From Leucoraja erinacea (Eukaryota), in NCBI RefSeq assembly GCF_028641065.1, contig NC_073393.1, positions 19,902,001 to 19,966,000 of the forward strand: 64,000 nucleotides of DNA, written 5' to 3'. Position 1 is the first letter of the stretch; every line of letters begins with the position of its first letter. The position numbers were made by a program, and so were the translations under genes. Below are positions 25,757-38,647 of this stretch, piece by piece. Below the pieces are notes generated by a model. It was not told where the DNA came from. It saw only the letters and a list, made by a program, of their open reading frames with translations, and did no database searches.

Positions 25757-27073
25757 CTGGAGTAACTCAGTGGGCTAGGAAGCATCTCTGGGGAGAAGTA
25801 AAGGTGACGTTTCAGGTCGAGACCCTTCTTCAGCAGTGCCGGATTTAGATGAAGAGAGGCCCTAAGCTGTTCCACTTGTGAGGCCCCCAACGACCGGACA
25901 GCCATGGCGGCCAAATCTCCCACAATTCAAAGCGAGGGGGAAAGTGCCCAGCGGCGAACAGCCCAGTGCCCAGCGGCGAAGTGCCCAGTTGCCGTTGCAG
26001 TGCGCATGCGCAGGGCGGCCGATGATGTGCTGGCCGTGGTTGTGCGCATGTGCAAGGCGGCCAGCCGTGCCGGCGGATGAGGAGCGAGCGGAGCCCGGCG
26101 GCCCGGACACGGGGAGCGGGGGGAGAGAGAGAGATAGAGAGGGGGCCGCCCAGAGTTGAACGGTAGGTGTTTTGCCTTGGCACAGCATTTTGTGTGTATC
26201 TTCAGTTTTATTTCTTGGTCTTTTGACTCCTACCGTTTTTCCCGAATCGAAAGCGATCTTTTTTTTTAATCCTGTTACACGGAGAAATGGGGATGGCGTT
26301 AAATTGTTCCCATCATCCAGGCGGAATTATGCTCGACATCCCACTCCTGCCTCGGCTCGGATGTACGCGGACCATCGCAGAACTGCAAAATCTTGCCGAT
26401 CTGAGGTCTGTTTGGATGACAGAGAAATACTCTCTTATGTACATCCTCGATTAATTGCCAGTTTTGACCATGATGTGAACCGCTCGCCTTTCAATTTGCC
26501 GATGAAATCAACAATGTGAACCTCTGGCGCTTTGCATGTCATACGGCAGTTAAATGTAGCAAAGGCTGGGCAAGGGGTAGAGGAGGAGGAGGTAGCTGAA
26601 CTGTTTCGAGAAAGGCACCATGTACTCACTTGATACTCCATGATGACTTAGCTTTGCTAGCATCATGGCGTGTTGAATGGAAAGTATTGGCGCAATCAAA
26701 ACAGGGCGCATCTGCGACACGTCACTGTATTTTCACAAAGGTCGACCGTGGACACCACATGCGTGACGATCAGTACGAGGACATTGCTTAATAGATCGCA
26801 TGGGCAAAAGCGCAATGGCAGCCATTTCTAGCTGCATTGAATTTCTGTAGTTGTTCAGCAAATGCTTTGTGAAGTTTTCGGAAACGTGTGAGCGGCCACT
26901 AACTTCACCTTTGATCCGCGTCAATGCGCAGAGAGGCAGCTCATGCATGAGATGAGCATGAGCAGACTCACTTTCCGGCACACCCACTGAACCCAAGCAT
27001 ACTCGCGGCATTCCTCGCTCACTATTTATTCGACACTTGTTTCAGTCGACTGTTCTCTGCAGTTTTGCCGTGA

Positions 27074-27125
27074 ATGATGACACGTATCTTACTGCAATTG
27101 ATTGTTCTTCACATCAGCTGCGCCG
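27074..27125 (+). CDS. Gene D leader exon MMTRILLQLIVLHISCA
   Basis: Signal-peptide-like, G|gtata donor, similar to the B/E leader (LHIS vs LHMS). Confidence 0.78.
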
Positions 27126-30100
27126 GTATATTTTACTCTTGCTATAGACAGTCCGACCGAAAGTTAATTATCAGTTTATATGTTTGCTGATCCTTTATCT
27201 TTATTTATTTTCTCCTTTCGTGCAATTTTCAATTAATTTGGTCAATACCTCGCTTTAATCCTAAACCTTATAGTTTGATTTTTCGTTTCCCGACAGCTGG
27301 TGGCGATGGTCCGTTGACCGTAACACAAGTTCCAGAAGCAGTTTTGATGCGGGGTGACTCGGCAGTGCTTTACTGCATTTATCCAATCTTCTCAGACAAC
27401 AAGCCGTACACAGTGCATTGGTGGAGAGATGGGGATAATAGATTCCTGGAAGAAAGTGCAGATAAACGAATCCAGTTTTATTTCCTGAGAGGGGGAAGCG
27501 CTGTTTTACGGGTGGAGAACGTGACAGTGAAGGACGCCGGGCTCTATTTCTGCAGCTTGACCCGTTCCAAAGTTTTAAACGGGACTGGTACAAAGCTGGT
27601 AGTTTACGGTGAGTTTCGGGGAGAGGAGTGAGCCAGATCGGTTAACTTCACCACCTCAAAGCGATTAGCTCAATCACGTTGAAGAAATTCCGCATTATTC
27701 ATCACCTGTGTCCTTTGAAATAACATGATTTGTGTGATTGGTTAGAGAGTATTTTTGACGCAATTATCAAAGAATGCGAATAGACTGATTGAGAGAGTAA
27801 ATGACGCCTTCCACATCTCCTGCTTGACAGAATTATAAAACCTTTCGCGTATATTTTAGAATTGCTTTAACACAGCGGGAATGGAAACCAACGACACAGG
27901 TAGTTGGAATTGAAAATATGTAGAGTTCCGAATGTGGTACTGATCAAGGAGATTATTATTTTTAATTGATTTATTTGCATCTGCCATCTGTTTTATCTGG
28001 TGTAAGGAATTACAAGTGTATTGCCCCTGTCCCACTTAAGAAACCTGAACGGAAACCTCTGGAGACTTTGCGCCCCACCCAAGGTTTTCGTGCGGTTCCC
28101 GGAGGTTGCAGGTGCTTGCCGGAGGTTGCAGGTAGTGGAAGCAGGTAGGGAGACTGACAAAAACCTCCGCACGGAAACCTTGGCGCAATTACCGGTCTAA
28201 CGCAATATCAATGTTATTATTGTACTGCACCCTCTCCGGTGGTAGATGTTCCAGGTATGCAAAACGTCCTCTTCTCCTTTACATTTTTCTCGTTTTACCT
28301 AAAAACCCTGCCACATAGTCCTTAATTCCACTATTCAGGGGAAAAGACCCCGTCTATGCTATGAGTGGCCCCGATATTAAAAACAAAAACGTCTATTAAG
28401 TTACTCCTCTGCTTCCTTCTTTCCATTGAGAATAAACGCAGTTCACCAAATGTCTCGTTATAAAAAAGGTCCTCTATTTCAGTCAACATTGGTACCATGT
28501 TTAACCGTAGTATAAATTTGGTCACACTTCTGATTGCCCCGGATTACTTGAAATGGTATAGCAGCCGTGAAGCGAGTCAATCATTGAGGAAAGCAACATT
28601 CAAGATCTATATTGTTACATTTAGTCTGCAGAAGGGTCACCACCCGAAACGTCACCTATTCCTTTTATCCAGAGATGCTTCAGCGCGCTGGGTTACTCCA
28701 GCTTTTTGTCAGGTTTAACGCAGAATCTACAGTTCCTTCCTACACATTGTTGCATTAACGTGTACTTTCCGCTCACCTTCCAAGCGATAGAAAACTTCCC
28801 CCTGGTCCAAGTTTACAATATTTTTTCACACAAGGACACATTTTTCTGTCCTTCTAGCTCAAACATATTTTTGACCTCAAGTTACTGCTGAATAAATCTT
28901 CTGCTCGATTTATTTATTCCATATAACCATATAACCATATAACAATTACAGCACGGAAACAGGCCATCTCGGCCCTACAAGTCCGTGCCGAACAACTTTT
29001 TTTCCCCTTAGTCCCACCTGCCTACACTCATACCATAACCCTCCATTCCCTTCTCATCCATATGCCTATCCAATTTATTTTTAAATGATACCAATGAACC
29101 TGCCTCCACCACTTCCACTGGAAGCTCATTCTACACCGCTATCACTCTCTGAGTAAAGAAGTTCCCCCTCATATTACCCCTAAACTTCTGTCCCTTAATT
29201 CTGAAGTCATGTCCTCTTGTTTGAATCTTCCCTATTCTCAAAGGGAAAAGCTTGTCCACATCAACTCTGTCTATCCCTCTCATCATTTTAAAGACCTCTA
29301 TCAAGTCCCCCCCTTAACCTTCTGCGCTCCAGAGAATAAAGACCTGACTTATTCGACCTATCTCTGTAACTTAGTTGTTGAAACCCAGGCAACATTCTAG
29401 TAAATCTCCTCTGTACTCTCTCTATTTTGTTGACATCCTTCCTATAATGGGGCGACCAAAATTGTACACCATACTCCAGATTTGGTCTCACCAATGCCGT
29501 GTACAATTTTAACATTACGTCCCAGCTTCTATACTCAATGCTCTGATTTATAAAGGCTAGCATACCAAAAGCTTTCTTTACCACCCTATCTATATGAGAT
29601 CCCACCTTCAAGGAACTATGCACGGTTATACCCAGATCCCTCTGTTCAACTGTATTCTTCAATTCCCTACCATTTACCATGTACGTCCTATTTTGATTTG
29701 TCCTGCCAAGGTGTAGCACCTCACATTTATCAGCATTAAACTCCATCTGCCATCTTTCAGCCCATTTTTCCAAATGGCCTAAATCACTCTGTAGACTTTG
29801 GAAATCCTCTTCATTATCCACATCACCCCATATCTTGGTATCATCTGCATACTTACTAATCCAACTATTTCAACAACGACAAAGAATATATTTGTAAAAT
29901 TTAGATTGTCGAGCTATTATTATGGGTTACATTTTGTACAATTATATCACCAAATTATAATATAAATCGTGAAGACGTTTTGAAAATTCAAGTTGTTTAA
30001 GAAGGAACTGCAGATGCTGGAAAATCGAAGGTAGATAAAAATGCTGGAGAAACTCAGCGGGTGCAGCAGCATCTATGGAGCGAAGGAAATAGGCAACGTT

Positions 30101-33100
30101 TCGGGCCGAAACCCTTCAGTCTGAAGAAGGGTTTCGGCCTGAAACGTTGCTTATTTCCTTCGCTCCATAGATGCTGCTGCACCCGCTGAGTTTCTCCAGC
30201 ATTTTTGTGTACCTTAGAAAATTCAAGTTAATGCTTTGGCTCTTGATGTCAGAACGCATCATTTACTTGCGCTGCGAGTAAAAACAGAAACGATATGATA
30301 TTTATGAAGTAAGGTAACTGTTGTATAATAGACCCAAACTGTAAAATCAGGGCATACAATAAAAAGGTTTAAAAGGAATGAAATTAGACGTTAGTTTATA
30401 CCACAAGGTACAAACTTAACAGTTTTAAATCGCTTTAAGTGCATTAGATATACAACTAGGCTGCAAAAAATATGGTTCAATTAAGATTATTTTCGAGGCT
30501 ACAATGAAATTTGATTCGTCACGAAAATCACCGGAACTGGTGAAATTTAAAAATCGTTTTATTTTCCAGACCCTCCAACTCCTCTGAGCTTGACCACCAT
30601 GCTGCCGGAGAACACATCGGTTACTCTGATTCTCGTTTGTAAAACAGCCACGTTCTTTCCCTTTGATCTGAATATTACTTGGTACAAAAATGGGTCAGAT
30701 ATTATACAGAAGATTGAGCCAAACAAAACGCAGACATCAGCAGGACTGTACGAAGCTTGGAGCTGCCTGACCGAGACAGACGATGTGGAGAGCGGGACAG
30801 TTTATACCTGCCAGGTGTCTCATATTTCTCTTCCAAATCCAACCAATATCAGCTACACTTTCTACAGCCGAGGTAAGAATAACGATACGTTTACGGTATA
30901 ATTTGGCCACTTAGAACCCTGATTCCCTCATGAACAGGCGCAGATAATAAAGAATAATATTGTTCGTTTAGCATATATAGAACCGTTGATATATTGTGTA
31001 CTTCCCTTTCACTGACGTGAGGCTCATCAACTGTCATTCCTTTGCGTAATTGAAGCAAAACAAGGGCATTTAGCGGATAACAGCCAGCCTGTTTCAGTGA
31101 CAGCGCTCCTTTCAGCACATCTTCAGCAGGCGCACCAAAATACTATTATTCCCAACCAGCCTTGTCGATTTCGCAAAGTTGTCTGCTGTGGATTTACTAG
31201 TTCACCACTCAACGTGTTTCGAACATAGCTTAGTGCACGGACAATAATTATTGATTAGCTAAGGCAATTAGGACAACGAAATTGATCGTATAATAATTTG
31301 AAGAGCTGGCTTTGTCTAGCAGGTTCTGCACCTGGGGAGTCATGAATACCGTTAAATGAATTAAGGTTGTATTTTAGAATTCTCAGTTTTAACGCGGACA
31401 GTCATGTATCAGGAACACACACTTGCTAAAGTTATTGTCACCCGTCCGCCTGTGAACGAATGTAGAAGCAAGACATAAATGCTAGCAATGAGAGGAACAC
31501 ATTGACATAGAAGTCCTACGAGCAATAAACCGATGTTAAATGCGTCTTCCATCATGAATGATTGATTTACAATCTTCTTCTGCTAGAAATGTCAAACAGG
31601 ACGATTCACCTCGGCATACGAACGAATGTTCGCATGTGCAAAAGTCACACTTTCTGCATATGGCCTCACCTATCATGCAAATATACTCCTGCCATATTAC
31701 GTTAGCTTCGCCCGGCATGTGATTTACTCTTCCCTCAATATGTTTCTCCAGATTTGGACTGGACTTATTCTCCTTTGCACCAATCCACTCAGCACCCAGT
31801 GAGGTTCTTTAAACTTTACAAGGGATTTACTCATTCCTGTTTCACGATTTCTAAACCTGTCGAGGCAGGGGAAGACAACATTCCACAAAGTACTTCTGCG
31901 TGTTTTTCATTGATTTACCATTATCCTTGAACTTTATGCTCCCCATAAATTACTTTTTGCACTGGGTCCTTATTCTTCGCTTGCAGATTTCACACGATCG
32001 GTTATAATTGACATTTTTCAAATGAATTGCGTTCCATAATTCCAGGTTCACTTACTTTAGTTGTTAGAATTCAATTTCCAATGAATTCCAATGTACTTCT
32101 TTGCTAAAAGTAGGCAGCGTCCGCCCATGATTAAACACATCTACCAAATGGTTTCAATGTAATTAAATTAGAGACAGTTGAAAATTTCGTCATGGTTACA
32201 TGATCTGCCAGCATCATCATTGAAGTAAAATAACTGCATTAGAAAACCTACGCCAGAATTTCGGTAAATATATTGAGGGCATGCTGTTTCATGCCCGAAT
32301 TAGGAACATTGTTTGTATAGAAAAGACATTTGTACAGAATGGAGAAAGTCTAACGAGCAAATTTTACAATCAATTCCCGTTTGTCTATATTGGACAAATA
32401 TTTTTTAGATTAAGTAACAAGCCAATTTGATGAATAATTGTTGTAGATGACGTGAATAAGAAGTTTTGAGAAAAGGATTCGACAAAGCTTCAAACAAAAT
32501 GTTGGTTATTAAATTTGTCGCTCATAGGAATAAAGCAAACAACTAATAAATTTTAAACTAATAAACCGCCTTTGCGGTTGCAGCTCCTAGACTGTGGAAC
32601 AGCATCCCCCTTCCCATCAGAACTGCCCCCTCCATGGACTCCATTAAGTCAAGACTAAAATCTTATCTATACTCCCAAGCCTTTCCTGACGTCCACTGAG
32701 CGAGGGCTATATGTTTATATGTATGTAGTTTGTTTGTTTATACTATTCTTATAACAAATGTAAAGCCCTTTGGCCAACGAGAGTTTTTTTTTTAATGTGC
32801 TATATAAATAAATGTGACTTGACTTGACTTGACTAAACAAACGAGTTTTCAGGAAGGCATATGAAGGAATGTGATGGAGAGAGTAACCAAGAAAAAGCGG
32901 GGAATAAATAGGACGTTGCTCTTCGATTATCCGGGTTCGAAATGATGGATGTAATAAGGTCTACTAAGTAATCAGTTCACGGTTCTTACAAAACTTGCTA
33001 TCAAAGATAAAAGCTGACCGATGTCTGTTGTAATTTGATGCATTTGAAATAAGATCACGAGACAGGACGGAAATTGTTTTGTCCGCATCCTTTCAATAAA

Positions 33101-35355
33101 GATGCGCGGGTATGCCGTTCCAAATCATTGCTTATTTAATGTAATTTAATAGTTCTGCTGATAGGTTGTTATTAATTAATTACCTCAAATTAATAACAAT
33201 ATTCTGTGTTTGGAGGGGATAATGGGAAGGTGCCGCAACACCTAAGCCCTCCAGGTAGGTCATTGAAATTCTGCAGGAAAGGCGCATTGTCGACTGTGTA
33301 TTTTGACTGTATCCATTTTCAATAGACAATAGCCAATAGGTGCAGGAGTAGGCCATTCGGCCCTACGAGCCAGCACCGCCATTCAATGTGATCATGGCTG
33401 ATCATCCCCAATCAGTACCCCGTTCTTGTCTTCTCCCCACATCCCCTGACTTCGCTATCTTCTTTAAGAGCCCTATCTAGCTCTCTATTGAAAGCATCCA
33501 GAGAACCGGCCTCCACCGCCCTATGACGCTATGTGCCACCCTGAACACATAGAACATCTATCCACCTTTGGAAGGGAAATACTAAGTCATGTACATCAAT
33601 ATAATGAAGGGCTCTAAAATACAGATTTTCCATCGGCACCCTGGATTCAAAAATAAACAAAATATAGGAATGTGTATTCAAAAATGCTGGAGAAACTCAG
33701 CGGGTGCAGCAGCATCGATGGAGCGAAGGAAATAGGCAACGTTCGCTCCATAGATGCTGCTGCACCCGCTGAGTTTCTCCAGCATTTTTGTGCATCTTCG
33801 ATTTTCCAGCATCTGCAGTTCCTTCTTAAACACATAGGAATATGTGTTTCTGTGTTGTACGATACTTCGTTTGTAACTGCTCAGTCACAGCGAGCAAAAT
33901 CTACCTTGGATTATCTTCCCACTCTCTTGAATTTAATTTAAAAGATTCCTGTCGATTTGGGATCGCAATTCACACCAAAATTCAATTTCCACAATTACGT
34001 TCCCAATATTCCACGAATATTGCATCGTCTGGAACTCAGCGTTGGGCACATCAGGGCCGACATAAACGTAATGATGGCGGGGGAATGTTTCTAGCCTCAC
34101 TGTATAATCACATGATGAAGAGTAAATACGTGTTTTTATAATTTCCAATTTCTGGATATTCCACAAGATGGCCTGTTGTACCGACACAGCTATATATCAC
34201 TACACGTTACGCTCTGCAACATGGCTATATACACTCTTCGAAGTAATTAGTATTGGTTGTAGCCAAATAAAAAAAATTCTGCACCTCAATGATGCTTTCA
34301 TTATATGAGTCATATGCACACAACTGGTATTGGACAGAAATGGAAGCCAGCAACTGCGCTCGTGGGCAATGTTCCCATCGGTTTATTTCGCGTCGGAAAG
34401 TCAAATCGATATATTTTTTTAAAAGACAGAATGACGCTGTTGAACTGATTGCCTGTCCTATTATATAATACTGTACATATGTTAAAATTAACCACTATTT
34501 TTTTTAATCGTTTACAGTTTTTATTAATCCACCTCATAACACGATTGTTGGTTGGATAAGAGCAGGATTGATAGCTATCATAATCGTTATTTTCATTGTG
34601 ATATATAAAGGTAAGACTCCGAAGCTACTTGATCTCTAGATTGTTGTAAAATTAACCAATCGGAATTCAGCAATACTTTAGTTTAGTTTAGAGATACAGC
34701 GCGGAAACAAGCCCCCCGGCTCACCGAGTCGGCGCCGAACAGCGATCCCCGCAACCTACACACACTAACGTCAATTTATAATTATATCAAGCCAATTAAC
34801 CTACAAACCTGTAAATCTCTGGGCGAAAACCAGATGTACTGGAGAAAATAATGTTTGAGAGTTTTATTGGATCGGACACAACGCGGTTAGCTAATCTATA
34901 AATACACCCGCCGCATCTCACTAGGTGCATGGTTTCTCGGAAGCTAACCTTTGAGCTAGTCACCGATTTGTACATGAAGGATTGATGCTTGGTGTTGTGG
35001 GCCAGGTTGTGGAATAAGGGGTGGAGTCTGAGAAAATGGGTCGGTGATGCAAAAACTCATTTTGCAATTGATTCTGCTTCGATTCGACAACTTGAAGAGG
35101 ACTCATATTCTGTAGATTTTTAACTATTGATATCGTGATATTAGTTTCACTGCATACATGTATACAAAAACAAAAGTAATCAGAAAAATATAAAGTTTTA
35201 TATGCTGCTAGATGTATTGGCTACCACTCTTTGTCTCGGCCAAGAGTGATTTTTTTTCTCTCAATCACCTCTCTATAGGGACGTGCAGAACATCGAAAGA
35301 AGGTGCCGATCAGAAACCGAAGGCAAGACGAATGAATGAATGTATGAATGAATAG
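27074..35355 (+). CDS. Gene D: complete VJ-C1-TM IgSF receptor with TM Arg and short Tyr-free tail (putatively activating, NCR3/NKp30-like TM)
   Basis: Exons L 27074-27125, V 27297-27608, C1 30570-30872, TM 34518-34610, cyt 35279-35355; all GT-AG and in frame. Confidence 0.85.
27297..27608 (+). CDS. Gene D VJ-type V exon
   Basis: GDSAVLYC...VHWW...LRVENVTVKDAGLYFC...NGTGTKLVVY; germline GxGTxLxV J motif followed directly by G|gtgag. Confidence 0.93.
28919..29865 (-). mobile_element. CR1 LINE 3' fragment, second subfamily, in the gene D V-C1 intron
   Basis: LQSDL...WQMEFNADKC...LEYGVQFWSP; (GGTTATAT)n tail. Confidence 0.88.
29995..30216. mobile_element. Fold-back Penelope-like (PLE) terminal-repeat element
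   Basis: Long inverted arms; 13-bp TSD GAAAATTCAAGTT (29982-29994, 30217-30229); CTGAAGA...GAAAC core. Confidence 0.75.
30570..30872 (+). CDS. Gene D C1-set exon
   Basis: LVCKTATFFPFDLNITWYKNG...GLYEAWSCL...YTCQVSHISL; ttttccag|...G|gtaag. Confidence 0.92.
33675..33832. mobile_element. Fold-back PLE-derived element
   Basis: Same arms as 29995-30216; ATAGGAAT on both flanks. Confidence 0.7.
34518..34610 (+). CDS. Gene D TM exon VFINPPHNTIVGWIRAGLIAIIIVIFIVIYK
   Basis: tttacag|...G|gtaag, 93 nt, phase 1-1; Arg near the extracellular end of the helix. Confidence 0.85.
35279..35355 (+). CDS. Gene D cytoplasmic exon GTCRTSKEGADQKPKARRMNECMNE*
   Basis: Strong polypyrimidine tract ending ctctatag|, phase compatible with the TM exon, no Tyr. 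Confidence 0.7.
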
Positions 35356-38300
35356 ACACGTGTAATAATGCAGATACATTCGAACGACACTCGGACTTTC
35401 TCCAAATTATTACCTTGGTTTGGCTTCCAAATGTTACTGCAAGTCAAATTGCCTGGAGAACAAAATAAATTTCCTCGGCAAACATAACTGTTGTAGGCAC
35501 ATTTATGTACTTGATGATATTTATGGAAGCACTGAGATAAAACGAAGAATTTAGTGAAGGGATAGGCCATATGATCCTTCGAACATGCTTGGTCGTTCAG
35601 TGTGATCATGACTGAACTTGCAAATGCAATGTCTTGCTCCTGTTTTCTCCCGATGTCCATTGATCCCAGATAGTTGTTTCCTGCTGCAGTACTCCATTGT
35701 TAATGTATTTACGCATTTGGATTCGAGTGATTTATGATATAGATAAATATGTAGATGTTCTCAACTCCCAGAGAAGAACGCGGTCCTCACCACAGTCAGA
35801 AGTGGATTTTCCCTTATTCTTTGACAATGATCCCTGGTACTGATTTTCCCATCAATCGGGAACAAACTTACTCCATCATATCTTTCCTAGACCGTGGATA
35901 TTTAAGCGTTCTGTGGGCTACCTTCTTAGGCTTCCATATTTTAACCTAAGTGCCCCAATTCAATCCAATGCATACGTCAGTCTGGACGCAGTCTACCAGT
36001 CTGTTGAAATCTCACTGAACTCACACCACCACAAGAAGATCTGTTTACAGTCAAATGTACAAAAATACACTCAACTCTCAAGGAGAGCAATCAGCAATAT
36101 CTATACAACTGCATCGAGACAATGCTTCTTCTATTGTGGAATCATCTTGATATGAAGACCATTCTATAATGTGCCTCCTTCGTTGCTTGCTGCGACTTTA
36201 TGCCCAGCTTTACTGCGTTTCATAATCTATCGGGTTTCAGCCAATGATCGTCCTTCTTGTCATTATCACGGAAGTTGAAACCCTCGCATTTATTAAGATT
36301 GCACTCCATCCGCCGTGAATCTGTCCTTTATCTCAACATGAAGCTTCTCAGCATCCACCTGAGTGCTCAACCTCTCACACAGTTTGATGCTGTCGATAAA
36401 CAGCTATATAATTCCATGATCTAATTATCAATATATATCGTGACTAGCTGAAATCCCAGCAATGAGCTCGATGGTACCCTGCTACTCGATGCCTGCTACT
36501 AGGGGAAAAAAGATCTGTTTATTTCCACTCTTTCTTTTCTGTTGGCCAACTAATTGCTGATTATTCTCAGCATGCTAACCTTTAATTTGTTCCAGTCAGT
36601 TCGGTAAGATTTTACTGAAATGCTTCAGGGCGTATGAATACACTAAAACGACGGACTCCCCTCACATATTCTGTCAGTAAATTCCTCAAAAATACGATAG
36701 ACTTGTCAAGCATGACCGCTGTTCCACAAATTGACGTTTGCTTTGACCGGTCGCTTTCCCCATTCTATTTTTTAACTCCCTTTGCTCAATTACTTGCAAA
36801 GCAATTTTGTTAAGTTTTATTTCGGTGGTGCCTTTTGGGTCGACGAGATTTATTGGTGCCAGTCACCTTCATTCTCCAGTACTGGTTTCACTTAGTTCCT
36901 CGCTTCGACTAGACAAGGTGTTTCTCACATAGCTCCAGGGCCCTTTTAAATACTCCATTAAAGCTAATCAAATGGCATATTTAATTGTCCTGCTACGACT
37001 GTTTTATGAATTGATCATTCAAACCCTGTATAAATGACACTGGTCCCGACTGTAGGTACTTAAAATTTCCATCATCTATGTTCCCTCTTCACACGCACGC
37101 ACATACACAGACACTTATACATAGAAGGTTTTGATGTCAGTGGTTAAATATCCGTCAGCTTCATCTTATATTCTACATCCACCCTTCTAACTACCCTTAA
37201 CCTCGTAGGTGAAGCCTAAAGTACTCATAATCCCCAACTTTGCTACGTTTTCCAGCCACATTTTGTTACTGCTCGTTGGATGTCTTCGGGCTACATTGTG
37301 GGAATTCCTCGGTACTAGCGCAATAGAGAGGAACTGATATAGCTGTGTCTGTAAAAAACAGCACTCAGTAGTGAAACTGAGGTCTCCAAACTTCCAGAAT
37401 ATTTCCTTGTTATTTTATGTAATATTCTCATTATTTCATACACTGTATTTTAAGTAGTATAAATCATGGAGTATAGCCAAAATAATGAAATGAAGCAAAA
37501 ATAAATTAATCTATTTTTACAAAGAAAAAAAAAAGCAGATATATCCCTGTGCTCTTGCCTTTTTTGTGACATTTTGCAAGCAACATTTGATTTCATCAAA
37601 TCGTACAGCTAATTTATACCAGAGAGATTGCATTAATTTTACAATTAAATAAGTCAAATTCTGATCATGCTTATGATTTTTATAATTTATCACCCGATAA
37701 GATGATTTTCTGATACCCCAAGTTTTTGCAACAGAACGTGAGTAGCAGCGTCCATTTGGTCACGTGTGAAGTGTGTGAATTAAAACCAGTAACAGTATAT
37801 GTTTTAATTGTTTATCTTTTGTGTTTAAGCTTTCCACTGAAATACTTAATAATGAATAGAACTTCAAATCATGCATTAAAAATCTAGTTTGCTCAAATAT
37901 TATAGCGATGTTTAATTCTGTGTGTTGTCCAGCCCCCCCCCCCCCCCCCCCCCCCCCCCCACGTCCCCCCCCCCCGTTGAGTAACGTCGTGAATACTATA
38001 TATTGCGCTATAACGGGGGTGGGGGGGGGGGGGGTTAGATGCCGAGATCTTGTAAGGGAGCTTCAAAATCAGTAAGTGTCCCATATGTCTTATATGTTTT
38101 AAGTGTTGACAGTATTACATTTTGGTAAACATTTGGTCGATTGTCTGATCATTTATCGTATTTCTATCGACGTTAAGGGGGGTAACGTATATCAGAGTAG
38201 AACATCTCTCATTAAAATTCCCTGCTCACTGCTGATTCTCTTGTAAATGCTAATGTATCTGTGCAATCTGTGACCCAATGTTAGTAAGGTTTATGGAATT

Positions 38301-38551
38301 GAAATTGGATGAACGTTAATGAACGTTTGATGATTTCGCAGCTATATTAAAATCTTCATTCCTGCATATTCTGTTACGTTATTCTTCTCCGTTCTTGGGT
38401 CTTTCGGAGAAGCGATGAGATCCAGAGTAGCATTGGTCAGCTTATTTTCAGACACTTCTTTGACCTATCGAAAAATAATCAGAGATCGTTAGCTGCCGAT
38501 TCGCCTATATGGGCGACGTACGCGAATTTATATTGGAGCACCCTTCCGCTT

Positions 38552-38647
38552 TTATCTTACCTGGGCATTGGTAGTTTGTTTTTCGTGCCGTCTGTTTTTC
38601 TCAGTTTTCCTCTGTCCGCTGACGTTCAAATCTGCACTCGTCGCATT
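38552..38647 (-). CDS. Gene E cyt2-homologous exon NATSADLNVSGQRKTEKNRRHEKQTTNAQVR* (Tyr-less; may be out of frame or untranslated)
   Basis: Colinear with B 10134-10229, same gttccctcag acceptor; three Tyr codons read AAT, AGT, AAT. Confidence 0.55.
   Translation of the reverse strand, partial: NATSADLNVSGQRKTEKNRRHEKQTTNAQVR

Noticed and set aside
25152-25923. Long ORFs of about 200 aa
   Set aside because: Artefacts of the N gap.
29995-30216. Hairpins as miRNA or terminator structures, or a CRISPR-like array
   Set aside because: Dispersed multi-copy elements with TSDs in a eukaryotic genome; no repeat-spacer periodicity.
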